Shown here piece by piece: positions 10,196 to 20,544 of a DNA stretch of 64,000 nt. Every line of letters begins with the position of its first letter. Position 1 is the first letter of the stretch. Position numbers and translations under genes: made by a program. The stretch is from an uncultured Muribaculaceae bacterium (GTDB taxonomy: Bacteria; Pseudomonadota; Alphaproteobacteria; Rs-D84): assembly GCA_965231035.1 (NCBI GenBank), contig OZ246409.1, positions 508,324-572,323 of the forward strand, in the 5' to 3' direction. The notes under the pieces are model-generated. The model saw only the letters and a list, made by a program, of their open reading frames with translations, was not told where the DNA came from and did no database searches.

Positions 10196-11182
10196 ATGAA
10201 AGAATTAATAAAAGAATTATCAGATGCCAAGACCCCACAGGATTTGGATAATATAAAATCCAAATGGTTGGGTAAAAAGTCGGCCTTGCGGGCCAAATTT
10301 GACGACTTAAAGAATGTTCCGACTGAAAAACGCCAGGAAGTTGGTGCAGAATTAAATGCGGAACGTGTAAAAATTGAAGAATTGATTGAAAATGCAAAAT
10401 CTGAAATTACAAAACGTATTCTGGATGAAAAACTGGCCAATGATAACTTTGATATGACCTTGCCGGGTGTTGGGGGTTCTGTGGGTAGTATGCACCCTGT
10501 AACAATTATTGAAGAAAAATGTATATCCGCACTTCGTACATTGGGTTTTGTACCAGTTCAAGGTCCAGAAATAGAAGAACCAAAATATAACTTTGATTTG
10601 TTGGATATTCCACCTCATCACCCCGCACGCGATATGCAGGATACATTCTGGATTAAAAAAGAAAAATTATTACCCAGAACACATACAACATCAGTTCAGT
10701 CGCGTTTTATGATGTCTTTGAATGGCGATGAATCCAAATTACCAATAAAAATAGTTTCCCCAGGACGTGCATATAGAAATGAAGCAATTGATGCTACACA
10801 TCTTGCACTTTTTCACCAATTTGAAGGATTGTGGGTTGGGCATAATGTAAGAATATCTGAACTAAAAGGAACGATTAGTTTTATTTTGCGCGAGATTTAT
10901 GGATTGGATGTAAAAATTCGTTTTAAACCTAAATTTTACCCTTATACCGAACCAAGTGTTGGGGCAGATATTGATTTGGGTGATGGTTGGGTAACAATTG
11001 TTGGTGCCGGAATGGTATCGCCCCAGGTTATGAAAAACTTTGGTTTTGATCCAGACAGGGTTTCAGGTTTTGCATTCGGTTTTGGGACATCCCGTTTGGC
11101 TGGTGAATTTGCAGATGCAAATATGCGTGAATTATATGGAATGGATTTACGAGTATTCAAAAATATCAAAGGTGTTAAATAA
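10196..11182 (+). CDS. pheS: Phenylalanine--tRNA ligase alpha subunit
   Basis: Class II aaRS motifs (FNFDLLDIPPHHPARDMQDTFW; GLDVKIRFKPKFYPYTEPS; GAGMVSP). Shares a start/stop junction with pheT. Confidence 0.93.
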   Translation: MKELIKELSDAKTPQDLDNIKSKWLGKKSALRAKFDDLKNVPTEKRQEVGAELNAERVKIEELIENAKSEITKRILDEKLANDNFDMTLPGVGGSVGSMHPVTIIEEKCISALRTLGFVPVQGPEIEEPKYNFDLLDIPPHHPARDMQDTFWIKKEKLLPRTHTTSVQSRFMMSLNGDESKLPIKIVSPGRAYRNEAIDATHLALFHQFEGLWVGHNVRISELKGTISFILREIYGLDVKIRFKPKFYPYTEPSVGADIDLGDGWVTIVGAGMVSPQVMKNFGFDPDRVSGFAFGFGTSRLAGEFADANMRELYGMDLRVFKNIKGVK

Positions 11183-13161
11183 TGAAGTTCAGCAAGAAAA
11201 TTTTAGAAACCTTCATTAATCTGCCAAAAGATTGGCGTGAATTGATGGAAGATGTTGGTCTGGAAATAAAATCGGTTGATGGTGATATTTTCAATTTGGA
11301 ATTATTGGCCAACCGCGGTGACCATTATTGCTATTTTGGATTAACAAAAGAAATTTATGGGCGTATCGGTTCAAAAATAAAATATGATATGAATAAAATG
11401 ACCGAAAAACTTTCTGAATCTAAAAAATCAGAAAATTTATTCAAAATTGAAACTGATAAATGCTTGGCTTATTCATTGACACCATATAAATTGGAAAAAC
11501 CTCAAAAAAGCCGGGAAACAAAAGATAATTATATTTTAGAAATATTACCTGCCAGCGGTGTTAATGTTATTTTAGACATTATTGATGTTACAAATGTTGT
11601 TATGCTGGAATATGGTCAACCTGCACACGTTTATGATGCTGACAAAATAAAAGGCAAAATACACATTCGTGATTCAAAACCGGGTGAAAAAGCAACCCTG
11701 CTCTTTCATGATGGTATGACAGAGTTGCCTGTTGGTACTTGCGTAATAGCAGATGATGAAAAAATACTTTGTGTTGCTGGTGTAATTGGTTGTCATGCGG
11801 CCGAAGCTGACGAAAACACAAAAAATATTTTGGTTGAAACAGCGCTTTTTGATCCTGTTGCAATCCGCAAAGCTTCACGCGCAATCGGTCATACATCAAT
11901 TGCTAGTCAGATTTTCGAACGCGGTGGAAATTATCAGGCAATGAAAGAAGGTGCCGCACGCGCAAAGAAATTATACGAACAAATTGGTTGGGTTCAGAAC
12001 GGCGGTTATCAGATTGTTCCAGAAACAATGCCAGTAATGGTAAAAGATATAACTTTACCTGGTGACTTTGTCAGATCTGAACTGGAAATTAATATTTCTG
12101 ACAGTGAAATAACAGAACGTTTGGCCAGATACGGATTTTTGAAATCAAAAACAAAAAATTCGTACTCTGTACCATCATGGCGTGTTTGGGATATCAAAGG
12201 GTTCAAAGCGGATTTAATAGAAGAACTGGCACGTTCAATCGGATATAACAATCTGCCTAATCGATTGCCAATTGCAACAATAGGCAGCCAACCTTCGGCA
12301 TCTGAACTTCGCAAGGCTGAAATAACATCATATCTGGTAAATAATGGATTTTTTGAAGTCTTGGTGGACAATATGTATTCACCTCGTCATGCAAAATTAT
12401 CACCAGTTGCAGAACATATAAGTATTGAAAACAGCGTTGATGGCGGATATGCCTTTATGCGTAATAATGTTATTGTCCAGGCGACAGAATTGGTTTCAAA
12501 AAATCTGCGTGTTAAAAATCGTGAAATTCGTGCATTCGAATGGGGTAAAATATTCAAGAGCGGAAATGAAATAGAAATTCTTTGGGGTGTTATGAATGGT
12601 GAAAAGTTGAATACACTGTTTGCCAAAGGTTTGCTGGAAGGTCTTTTTGCTGATTTATCATTGGATGTTAAAATCGAATACCAAGATTTCGAAGGCAGTA
12701 ACAAAGTTTCTGAATGGTCATTATTGAACCCAAAGCGTCGTGGTCATATAACATGCAATGGTCGAGGAATTTGTGTTTTTGGTGAAATTCATCCAAGTTT
12801 GCTGGCGGAATTTGATATTAAAAATGATGCACCTGTATTTTTCAGCTTTGACACTGCTGGTTTAATGAATGCAGCAAAGAAAAAAATAAAATATGAAAGC
12901 CCAAGTAGCACAATTCCAAGTACCAGGGATGTTTCTGTAACGATTCCTTATGGTGTTGCTGCGGGCAGTGTTTCGAATTTTATCTCTGAAAGGTACAAAT
13001 CAGTTGCAGATATTAAAATTACAGACGTTTTTGAAAAACCAAAAGAAAATGTTCGAAATGTAACATTTGCGCTGGAATTTTCAGGTACAAAAAGTACCGA
13101 AGAATTAAACTCGCTAATTTTGGAAATTATGAATGTGGCAAATGATTTTGCAAAAAAATAA
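11182..13161 (+). CDS. pheT: Phenylalanine--tRNA ligase beta subunit (shortened, 659 aa)
   Basis: B3/4 and B5 regions, C-terminal FDX-ACB-like region. Shorter than the ~800-aa canonical PheT; the N-terminal tRNA-binding domain appears reduced. Confidence 0.88.
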   Translation: MKFSKKILETFINLPKDWRELMEDVGLEIKSVDGDIFNLELLANRGDHYCYFGLTKEIYGRIGSKIKYDMNKMTEKLSESKKSENLFKIETDKCLAYSLTPYKLEKPQKSRETKDNYILEILPASGVNVILDIIDVTNVVMLEYGQPAHVYDADKIKGKIHIRDSKPGEKATLLFHDGMTELPVGTCVIADDEKILCVAGVIGCHAAEADENTKNILVETALFDPVAIRKASRAIGHTSIASQIFERGGNYQAMKEGAARAKKLYEQIGWVQNGGYQIVPETMPVMVKDITLPGDFVRSELEINISDSEITERLARYGFLKSKTKNSYSVPSWRVWDIKGFKADLIEELARSIGYNNLPNRLPIATIGSQPSASELRKAEITSYLVNNGFFEVLVDNMYSPRHAKLSPVAEHISIENSVDGGYAFMRNNVIVQATELVSKNLRVKNREIRAFEWGKIFKSGNEIEILWGVMNGEKLNTLFAKGLLEGLFADLSLDVKIEYQDFEGSNKVSEWSLLNPKRRGHITCNGRGICVFGEIHPSLLAEFDIKNDAPVFFSFDTAGLMNAAKKKIKYESPSSTIPSTRDVSVTIPYGVAAGSVSNFISERYKSVADIKITDVFEKPKENVRNVTFALEFSGTKSTEELNSLILEIMNVANDFAKK

Positions 13162-13187
13162 AAACCCGGTCATTTGACCGGTTTTTA
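13160..13187. terminator. Bidirectional intrinsic terminator between pheT and nth (CCGGUC-AUUU-GACCGG with A-run and U-run on either side)
   Basis: Hairpin flanked by AAAAA and TTTTT. Confidence 0.7.
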
Positions 13188-13862
13188 AATATTCTTATCT
13201 TTGGCGTTGCACCATTTTGAAACTGGGCATTCTGCACATTTTGGTTTTAATGCCCGACAAATATAGCGGCCATGCAGAACCATAACATGATTTGCCATTC
13301 CATGATATTTTTCTGGAATCAATTTCATCAGTTTTGCTTCAACTTTTTCCGGTGTATTGTCAGATTCATCTGCCCAACCATAACGATGCGCATTTCTGAA
13401 CACATGGGTATCCACTCCAATGTGTGGTGCACCCCATAAAACATTCATAATAACGTTTGCTGTTTTTTGACCGATACCAGGTAATTTTACCAATTCGTCA
13501 CGATTGTGAAATTCAATTGGAAATTTCCAATTCTGATCATATTGCTTTGATTCATCAGATAGTTTTTCGGAAAGATTGATAATACTTTTTGCCTTGTTAT
13601 TAAAGAATGAAATAACTTTGATATGTTCTTTTAATCCCTTTTCACCCAGTTCCAGCATTTTTTCTGGAGTATCTGCAATTTCAAAAAGTTTTGGTGTTAC
13701 TTCGTTTACTTTTTTATCAGTTGCTTGTGCGGACAATATTACAGCCACAGCAAAAGTAAATTCATTAACAAAATACAATTCACTGCGGATTGACATATCA
13801 ATCACGCTAGGAACGTTTTGAAAATAAATTTCCGGTGTTAAAGATATTTCTTTTCCTAGCAT
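13185..13862 (-). CDS. nth: Endonuclease III (DNA glycosylase/AP lyase)
   Basis: HhH-GPD (LPGIGQKTANVI...GVDTHVFR) and C-terminal 4Fe-4S cluster loop C-x6-C-x2-C-x5-C (CRALKPKCAECPVSKWC). Confidence 0.88.
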   Translation of the reverse strand: MLGKEISLTPEIYFQNVPSVIDMSIRSELYFVNEFTFAVAVILSAQATDKKVNEVTPKLFEIADTPEKMLELGEKGLKEHIKVISFFNNKAKSIINLSEKLSDESKQYDQNWKFPIEFHNRDELVKLPGIGQKTANVIMNVLWGAPHIGVDTHVFRNAHRYGWADESDNTPEKVEAKLMKLIPEKYHGMANHVMVLHGRYICRALKPKCAECPVSKWCNAKDKNI

Positions 13863-13863
13863 A

Positions 13864-16800
13864 TTATTTTGATTTTTTGATTTTTATACCAAATTTATGA
13901 CCTTCGATTTCGGTTTTGTGTTCACTTGTACCCTGCTTCATTTCAACAATCAGTGCATCAGACATTATTCTGGTACGATGGTTTTTCAGCGCGGCGGACA
14001 ATTCTGAATCTGCTTCATATTCTAAAACTATACGATCAGAAACATCCAGACTAACAGTTTTTCGGGTGTCTTGGATAAAGCGTAAAGCTTCGTTTGCCAA
14101 ACCTTCGGCAACTAATTCAGGTGTTAATTCGGTATCCAAAACCACCACCGCGGTATTGTCCGGCAGTGTTGCACCCGTTATGCCATCTTTGACATTCAGA
14201 CGCATTTCGAATTCATCAGAATTCAAAGCATATTCACCAACAATCAATTTATCGCCGGATACTTTGTATTTGCCCTGTTTTATAGCTGGCAAGATTTCTT
14301 TCAATGCAGAACCCAAACGTGCACCGATTTTTGGAGTGATTGGGAATATAAATGAATCTGCAAAATCATTTATTACATCTGAAAATTCAACATGTTTTAC
14401 ATTAAGTTCATTTTCTATTAACCCTGCAAAATTTTGTATCGGTACAGGATTTCCATTTTTGCTAACAGAAGATGTTGCAAGTGCAATAATTGCTTTTTTA
14501 AGTGGTAAGCGATTACGAAGCTTAAATTGTTCTCGCAACTGTTTTCCAGTTGAAACAATTAATTGAACTTTGCGCATAGATATTAATAAATTATTGTTGT
14601 GTTTGTTTTTGACTTCTGGAAAGTTTTCTAAATGAACACTTTCTTTATTAGTCAGACTTTTATAAATGTGGTCACTTACAAAAGGTGCCAAAGGAGCAAT
14701 AATTTTACATAAATTCATCAGTACTGTAAATAAAGTGTCAAATGCGTCCTGATTTTCATTCCAAAATCTTTCTCGGTTCAACCTAATATACCAGTTGTTT
14801 AATATATCTAAGAATTTTATTAATTCTTTAATAGCAATATCTGGCTTATATTCGTCGAAAGATTCTTTAAACACGGCAATTAATTCATTTAATTCTTGCA
14901 GCACATATTCATCAGATATGTTTTTATGAATACCATATTTTTCTTTTGCGGTTATATTTCCCGCGTTCGCATAAAGTGTAAAGAAATGGTATGCATTCCA
15001 AAGTGGCGTCAGGATGTTTTTTACAGTTTCTGCAAAAACTTTACCTTCTTTATCAATTGGAACTGGTTCTGCTTTTAAGAAATTGCTGCCCAATATATAT
15101 AAACGAACAGCATCAGCACCATATGTGTCCAAAATTGAAGAAGGATCAACATAATTTCCAACTGACTTTGACATTTTCTTTTTATGTTCGTCAACGCTTA
15201 ATCCATTGGCAGAAATTGTCGAAAAAGCCGGTCTATTGAACAAAGCGGTAGATAAAACCATCAATGTATAAAACCAACCACGGGTTTGATCTTGGCCTTC
15301 GACTATGTAATCTGACATATAATTTTTATCATCAACCAATTCTTTGTTTTCAAATGGGTAATGCATATATGCAAAAGGCACAGCACCCGATTCAAACCAA
15401 CAATCTAATACGTCAGGAATGCGTTTCCATCCATCTTTTTCAAGTTTATCCAATGTAGGACGATGCAGGTCTTTGATTTCAACCCCAAAAAAGTCCTGCA
15501 TTTCAGAAATACTGCCAAAAACTTTGTATTCGCCGGATTTGTTCATCCAGATTGGTAATGGAACACCCCAGAATCGATTTCTGGATATTCCCCATGGGCG
15601 AGCATTTTCTATCCAGGCTTCGAATCTGTTACCTGCAGACTTCCAATCTACTTTCTTATTATTAGCAATCAGGTTATCGCGTATTTTTGGAACATCAATA
15701 TACCATGCTTCGGTCGCACGATAGATTAATTTCCGTTTACTACGCGGACTGAAAGGATAACTGTGTTTATGGGACTCTTTTTTAACCAAATGACCGGTTT
15801 TTTTAAGATTTTCGATAATCTTTGGATTTGCCATAAAAATGTTTTCACCTGCCCAATCAGTTACTTCGTTTGTAAAGTTTCCATAATCATCAACATTTAC
15901 AATAACTGGGAATTTTGGATCCAGTGCTTTGGCGGCCAAATAATCTTCTTCACCAAAAGCTGGTGCGATATGAACGATACCAGTACCATCTGAATCAGAT
16001 ACATAATCAGCAGATATAACCTGGTATAACTTTTCATCACTATAATAATTGAATAATGGTTTGTATTTTAATCCAACCAGCTGATTTCCTTGCATTTCTG
16101 ATACTTTTTCAGCTTTTTCAAACTGTTTTTCATATACAGACAATCTGGATTCTGCAATTATATACTCAGAATCATCAGAATCACGCATAACAACATATTT
16201 CATATTTGGATTTACAGCCAAAGCAGAATTAGCAGGTAATGTCCAAGGTGTTGTTGTCCATGCCAACAGACGACGACCATCTTCCAATTCAAACCAGATG
16301 GTTACAGAATCATCAACTATATCCTGATATTCGCTGGATGCTTCGGAATTCGAGACCACTGTGCCCAAAGCCCAATCAAAAGGATTAACCTTGAAATCGC
16401 GATACAATAATCCATCGTCGTATAATTTTTTAAGTGCCCAAATTACTGATTCCATAAATTCAGGATACATTGTGTTATAAACAATATCACCTTGGCCTAT
16501 ATCAACCCAACGACCAAGTCGATTTAAATATATACCCCATTCATTAACATATTTCATAACACCATCACGACACATATCGCAAAATTTTTCGATACCAAAT
16601 TCTGCAACCAAGTCTTTGGATTGTTTTCCAGTTGCCTTTTCGACCATAACCTCGGTTGGCAGTCCGTGAACATCCCACCCCAGTTTATGAACCACGTTTT
16701 TGCCCAACATGTTTTGATAGCGGCAGACCATGTCTTTGGCCGCAGACACGCCTAAATGCCCCAGGTGTGGCAGGGCAGACGGTGTAATTGGGCCGTCAAA

Positions 16801-16932
16801 GAACCGGAACATATTGCCGTCTCTGTTCTTATCTTTAACCCTTTTAAAAGTATTATCAGACTTCCAAAACTCTGAAACTTGTTTTTCCAATTCTGGAAAA
16901 TTTGCACGCGCATCTGTCTTTGGGTATGCCAT
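13864..16932 (-). CDS. ileS: Isoleucine--tRNA ligase, type 2 (eukaryote-like)
   Basis: HIGH-like (PSALPHLGHLG) and KMSKS motifs. N-terminus and length (1022 aa) match IleS2 rather than the E. coli-type IleS1. Confidence 0.92.
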   Translation of the reverse strand: MAYPKTDARANFPELEKQVSEFWKSDNTFKRVKDKNRDGNMFRFFDGPITPSALPHLGHLGVSAAKDMVCRYQNMLGKNVVHKLGWDVHGLPTEVMVEKATGKQSKDLVAEFGIEKFCDMCRDGVMKYVNEWGIYLNRLGRWVDIGQGDIVYNTMYPEFMESVIWALKKLYDDGLLYRDFKVNPFDWALGTVVSNSEASSEYQDIVDDSVTIWFELEDGRRLLAWTTTPWTLPANSALAVNPNMKYVVMRDSDDSEYIIAESRLSVYEKQFEKAEKVSEMQGNQLVGLKYKPLFNYYSDEKLYQVISADYVSDSDGTGIVHIAPAFGEEDYLAAKALDPKFPVIVNVDDYGNFTNEVTDWAGENIFMANPKIIENLKKTGHLVKKESHKHSYPFSPRSKRKLIYRATEAWYIDVPKIRDNLIANNKKVDWKSAGNRFEAWIENARPWGISRNRFWGVPLPIWMNKSGEYKVFGSISEMQDFFGVEIKDLHRPTLDKLEKDGWKRIPDVLDCWFESGAVPFAYMHYPFENKELVDDKNYMSDYIVEGQDQTRGWFYTLMVLSTALFNRPAFSTISANGLSVDEHKKKMSKSVGNYVDPSSILDTYGADAVRLYILGSNFLKAEPVPIDKEGKVFAETVKNILTPLWNAYHFFTLYANAGNITAKEKYGIHKNISDEYVLQELNELIAVFKESFDEYKPDIAIKELIKFLDILNNWYIRLNRERFWNENQDAFDTLFTVLMNLCKIIAPLAPFVSDHIYKSLTNKESVHLENFPEVKNKHNNNLLISMRKVQLIVSTGKQLREQFKLRNRLPLKKAIIALATSSVSKNGNPVPIQNFAGLIENELNVKHVEFSDVINDFADSFIFPITPKIGARLGSALKEILPAIKQGKYKVSGDKLIVGEYALNSDEFEMRLNVKDGITGATLPDNTAVVVLDTELTPELVAEGLANEALRFIQDTRKTVSLDVSDRIVLEYEADSELSAALKNHRTRIMSDALIVEMKQGTSEHKTEIEGHKFGIKIKKSK

Positions 16933-16962
16933 TTAATTTAACCTTTTATATTTTTTTAAACA

Positions 16963-16985
16963 TAAAAAAAGAACGCCTATGCGTC
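16963..16985 (-). terminator. Terminator-like hairpin plus U-run on the minus strand, between tRNA-Thr and the ileS start
   Basis: ACGCAUAGGCGU followed by UUUUUUU on the minus strand, only ~30 nt 5' of the ileS ATG. Confidence 0.45.
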
Positions 16986-17098
16986 CCAGCTATCGCGAAG
17001 ACGCAATAAGCTTTTATCCTATAATAATTATGTTTTTTGTTGTCATGCGACTATTTATACAATTAATTCATTTAAAAATCAAGTTTTATTGATTTTAA

Positions 17099-17174
17099 TG
17101 GTGCCGGAGATAGGATTCGAACCTACGACCCCCTCATTACGAATGAGATGCTCTACCAACTGAGCTACACCGGC
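17099..17174 (-). tRNA. tRNA-Thr (anticodon CGU)
   Basis: Cloverleaf GCCGGTG/TAGCTCAGTTGGTAGAGC/anticodon loop TTCGTAA/TΨC GGTTCGAATCC/..CCGGC-A-CCA. One U·U mismatch in the acceptor stem. Confidence 0.8.
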
Positions 17175-17231
17175 GTTTCCGAGAGTATAACTGAATGTTT
17201 TTCAGAATACAAGCCTGTTAAACCAAGGTAT

Positions 17232-17861
17232 TTATTTTTTTAACAGCTTCATCTTTTTACATTTTTCCATATTTTTCATAGATAAATCAAAAAGCAGATT
17301 TTCAATATCACCAATTATTTTTTCATTTGTCATTTTTAAGAACTTATGCTCTTTTTTTCCTTCAATTCTTTCCTTGTACCCAGGTTTTTCGTAATAATCA
17401 TCACAAAAATCAACCTCTTTGTTTGCGTGCAGGTCAGATTCTTGCTTATCAAGTGCACAAACAATCTTGGATTCAATAGTTTCTTGGGCTTCGTATTCTA
17501 TAAATAATTCATAAATTCTATTGCCAAGTGGGTCTGGTAAAAGTTTACGGTATTTATCAATTGCTTGTTTTTCAGCTTTTATCTTTTCTTTGCGAATTTC
17601 TGGGTTGGATATTTGATCAATCACATTAAAATCCCCGGTTTCGGCCTCTACCAAATCGTGAACCAAGGCCATTTCCAGTAATTTTTTCTTGTTCACAGGT
17701 TGTTTTATATATTCTGAAACCATCATTACCAGAAAACATAAACGCATAATATGATCACTGTCGTTTTCGTTGCTTCCATCGTTGCGTTTGGCTTTTCTTT
17801 TCACATAGCAAAGCTTTTCAACGGTATCCATAAATTCAACAATTTTCAAAGCATCGTTCAT
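17232..17861 (-). CDS. HD-domain phosphohydrolase (YfbR-like 5'-deoxynucleotidase family)
   Basis: H...HDLVEAETGD metal-binding motif layout of the YfbR/HD family. Confidence 0.7.
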   Translation of the reverse strand: MNDALKIVEFMDTVEKLCYVKRKAKRNDGSNENDSDHIMRLCFLVMMVSEYIKQPVNKKKLLEMALVHDLVEAETGDFNVIDQISNPEIRKEKIKAEKQAIDKYRKLLPDPLGNRIYELFIEYEAQETIESKIVCALDKQESDLHANKEVDFCDDYYEKPGYKERIEGKKEHKFLKMTNEKIIGDIENLLFDLSMKNMEKCKKMKLLKK

Positions 17862-17874
17862 TTTATGATCCTTT

Positions 17875-19524
17875 TTATTTACAGGATTTTATTTTTCGCA
17901 AAACAACCATAATTCCGGCGGGTGTCATACCGGGAATTCGTGATAAATCTGCAATGTTTTCCGGTCGTGTACGGCTCAGTTTTTGAATCAATTCGTTGGT
18001 CAGACCGGATAATCCAGTAAAATCAAACTTGGTTGGAATTTTAAGATTCGCATCGCGTTTATAACTTTCAATTTCGCGCATATTTCTGGCAATATAACCG
18101 GCATAGAATTTATTATTTTCTGCGATTTGATTTTTAAGCAGTGAATATTTTTCCCGATATTGTGATTCTGAAATAAGATTTAAACGAACCCCGATTTTAC
18201 CCAATCGTGAAATCGCATTGTCTGAACGAAGCGAAAGCCTGAACTCGGCACGGCTTGTAAACATACGATACGGTTCATCCACACCCAATGTTGTTATATC
18301 ATCAATCAAAACGCCGATCATTGAATTTGTTCTGTCCAGATTCAATGTTTCTGTACCCAATGCGTTTGCAGCCGCGTTTGCACCTGCGACCAACCCTTGG
18401 GCTGCGGCTTCTTCGTATCCGGAAGTTCCATTGATTTGTCCGGCAAAGAAAAGTCCAGGGATATCCTTGGATTCCAAGGTTGCATACAAATCACGTGCAT
18501 CAATGGCATCGTATTCAATTGCGTATCCGTATCGTGCAATTTTTGCATTTTCAAGACCAGGAATCATACGAATCCATTTGTCTTGTAAATCTGTTCCAAA
18601 GCTGGTTGAAATACCATTTGGATAAATTAAATCACTGTCTAGTCCTTCGGGTTCCAGGAAAACATGATGTGTTTTATGTTCTGGAAATCGCATAACTTTA
18701 TCTTCCAAAGATGGGCAATACCTGGGACCTGTTCCACGAATATCGCCATTATACATTGGTGCATTTTTTATGTTTTTACGAATAAATTCATGTGTTGATT
18801 CGTTTGTGTGGGTTATAAAACAAGAAATCTGTTCAACTTCTTTTTTAATTGGTTTTGAAAACCATTCATGTGGCATATCGCCAGGTTGCGGTTCGCAAAC
18901 ATCAAAATTTATAGAATTGCAGTGAATTCTGGCGGGTGTTCCGGTTTTAAGTCTTAATAGTGAAAAACCGGCTTTTTTTAATATTTTTGATATGTTCTTA
19001 TCTGATTCCTGGTATTTTCCATCATCTTGCAAACGGCCAGATTCTATTTTTTCATCACCCCTGTGAACTAATCCGCCAAGAAAAGTCCCAGTTGTTAAAA
19101 TAATAGATTTTGCAGAATATTTTTTATTAATAATCTTGTTTTTCAAATCCAAATCATCAACAGATTCAAAAATTATTTTCAAATATTTATATCCAGATAA
19201 AATAGATTTAACTGCTGCGTGATAAAGTTTTCTATCAATTTGAGCACGTAATGCCTGGGTTGCAGCACCATGAGAGGCATTAAGCATTCGCCAATGTATT
19301 CCAGACGAATCGGCTGCAACCGGCATCACGCCACCCAAAGCGTCAATTTCTGCAACCATTTGTGATTTACCGGGTCCGCCAATACTGGGATTACAAGACA
19401 TAGCACCCAAATCAGATTCTGATTTTGTAAATAATGCAACTGTTGCACCACGACGAGCCGCAGCCGCTGCGGCTTCGACCCCAGCATGCCCACCGCCAAT
19501 AACAATTACATCAAATTCGTTCAT
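17875..19524 (-). CDS. mnmG: tRNA uridine-5-carboxymethylaminomethyl synthesis enzyme MnmG (GidA)
   Basis: FAD fold DVIVIGGGHAG, GTGPRYCPS, FFAGQINGTSGYEEAAAQG, conserved C-terminal helical domain. 549 aa, shorter than the E. coli protein. Confidence 0.92.
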   Translation of the reverse strand: MNEFDVIVIGGGHAGVEAAAAAARRGATVALFTKSESDLGAMSCNPSIGGPGKSQMVAEIDALGGVMPVAADSSGIHWRMLNASHGAATQALRAQIDRKLYHAAVKSILSGYKYLKIIFESVDDLDLKNKIINKKYSAKSIILTTGTFLGGLVHRGDEKIESGRLQDDGKYQESDKNISKILKKAGFSLLRLKTGTPARIHCNSINFDVCEPQPGDMPHEWFSKPIKKEVEQISCFITHTNESTHEFIRKNIKNAPMYNGDIRGTGPRYCPSLEDKVMRFPEHKTHHVFLEPEGLDSDLIYPNGISTSFGTDLQDKWIRMIPGLENAKIARYGYAIEYDAIDARDLYATLESKDIPGLFFAGQINGTSGYEEAAAQGLVAGANAAANALGTETLNLDRTNSMIGVLIDDITTLGVDEPYRMFTSRAEFRLSLRSDNAISRLGKIGVRLNLISESQYREKYSLLKNQIAENNKFYAGYIARNMREIESYKRDANLKIPTKFDFTGLSGLTNELIQKLSRTRPENIADLSRIPGMTPAGIMVVLRKIKSCK

Positions 19525-19527
19525 TAG

Positions 19528-20259
19528 TTAAAATCTTCCCAAACCACCATTTATATGCAGTGTTTGACCGTTTATATATCCAGCTTCGTTAGATGCCAAG
19601 AATACGCAAGCCGCGGCAATGTCAGATGGTTCACCAAAACGGCTGACAGGTATTTGTGCAAAATAAGTCGCTTTTTGTTCGTCTGTCAAAACATCTGTCA
19701 TAGGTGTTTTAATAAATCCAGGAGCAATACAATTTGCTGTAACCCCACGTGAGGCTGTTGGTTCAGCTGCGATTGATTTGGTCATCGCAATCATTCCACC
19801 CTTACTTGCTGCATAATTTGCCTGGCCTGGACCACCAATTGCACCAACTATTGAAGCCATATTTATAATGCGTCCAAATTTATTTTTCATCATTGGCATA
19901 ATTGCTGCGCGGCACAATTTAAACGTAGAGCGAAGATTTGTGTTAATAACATCATCAAATTGTTCATCTGTCATACGCATCAACAAAGTATCTTTGGTAA
20001 TTCCAGCATTATTGACCAAAATATCAATTTTACCGGCTTTTTCGATAGTTTCTTTGATTAATTCTTCTGCGGCACCATCTTTTAATACATCTTTTGCAAT
20101 TTTTATAAAAGAATCATCAAATTCGCTGTTTAATTTTGATTCACTACGTCCTGTAACAACAACCTTGGCACCGGCATTCTGCATTTGTTTTGCAATCGCA
20201 ACACCAATACCACCAGTTGCACCAGTAATTAAAGCCACTTTATCTTTTAATGAAAACAT
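19528..20259 (-). CDS. fabG: 3-oxoacyl-ACP reductase
   Basis: SDR fold: TGATGGIG, NNAG, catalytic S...YxxxK (YAASKGG). Confidence 0.9.
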   Translation of the reverse strand: MFSLKDKVALITGATGGIGVAIAKQMQNAGAKVVVTGRSESKLNSEFDDSFIKIAKDVLKDGAAEELIKETIEKAGKIDILVNNAGITKDTLLMRMTDEQFDDVINTNLRSTFKLCRAAIMPMMKNKFGRIINMASIVGAIGGPGQANYAASKGGMIAMTKSIAAEPTASRGVTANCIAPGFIKTPMTDVLTDEQKATYFAQIPVSRFGEPSDIAAACVFLASNEAGYINGQTLHINGGLGRF

Positions 20260-20261
20260 TA

Positions 20262-20543
20262 TTAATCCCTTTGTTTAATCTTTCTAGATTTAAAAAATTC
20301 TATTCCAGTCTGTTCAACAATTTTTCTTTTTATTTTTGTTCTGGCACAATGCGCAGAAATAGAACCAGCCCGATACGTTGAAATTTTGATTTTATTTGTA
20401 TAATTACTTATCTTAACCAAATTTTTCGAATCTATTAAATCTTTTGGTAAATCTAAAAATTCTATTTGCTCTGAAATTTTTTTTGATTTTCCAAGAACTT
20501 TGGATACTTTATATTCATCCTTATGTGCTTTCTCAGTTGACAT
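20262..20543 (-). CDS. Hypothetical small basic protein (93 aa) inserted between fabD and fabG
   Basis: ORF start overlaps the fabD stop by 1 nt and ends 2 nt before the fabG start. Lys-rich, A+T-rich. No family recognised. Confidence 0.4.
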   Translation of the reverse strand: MSTEKAHKDEYKVSKVLGKSKKISEQIEFLDLPKDLIDSKNLVKISNYTNKIKISTYRAGSISAHCARTKIKRKIVEQTGIEFFKSRKIKQRD

Positions 20544-20544
20544 T

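Noticed and set aside
10138-10251. 37-codon ORF in the rplT-pheS spacer, as a possible pheM-type leader peptide
   Set aside because: It is not Phe-rich (only two Phe) and runs into pheS in another frame. A pheM-like attenuation peptide is not supported, though the alternative hairpins are reported separately.
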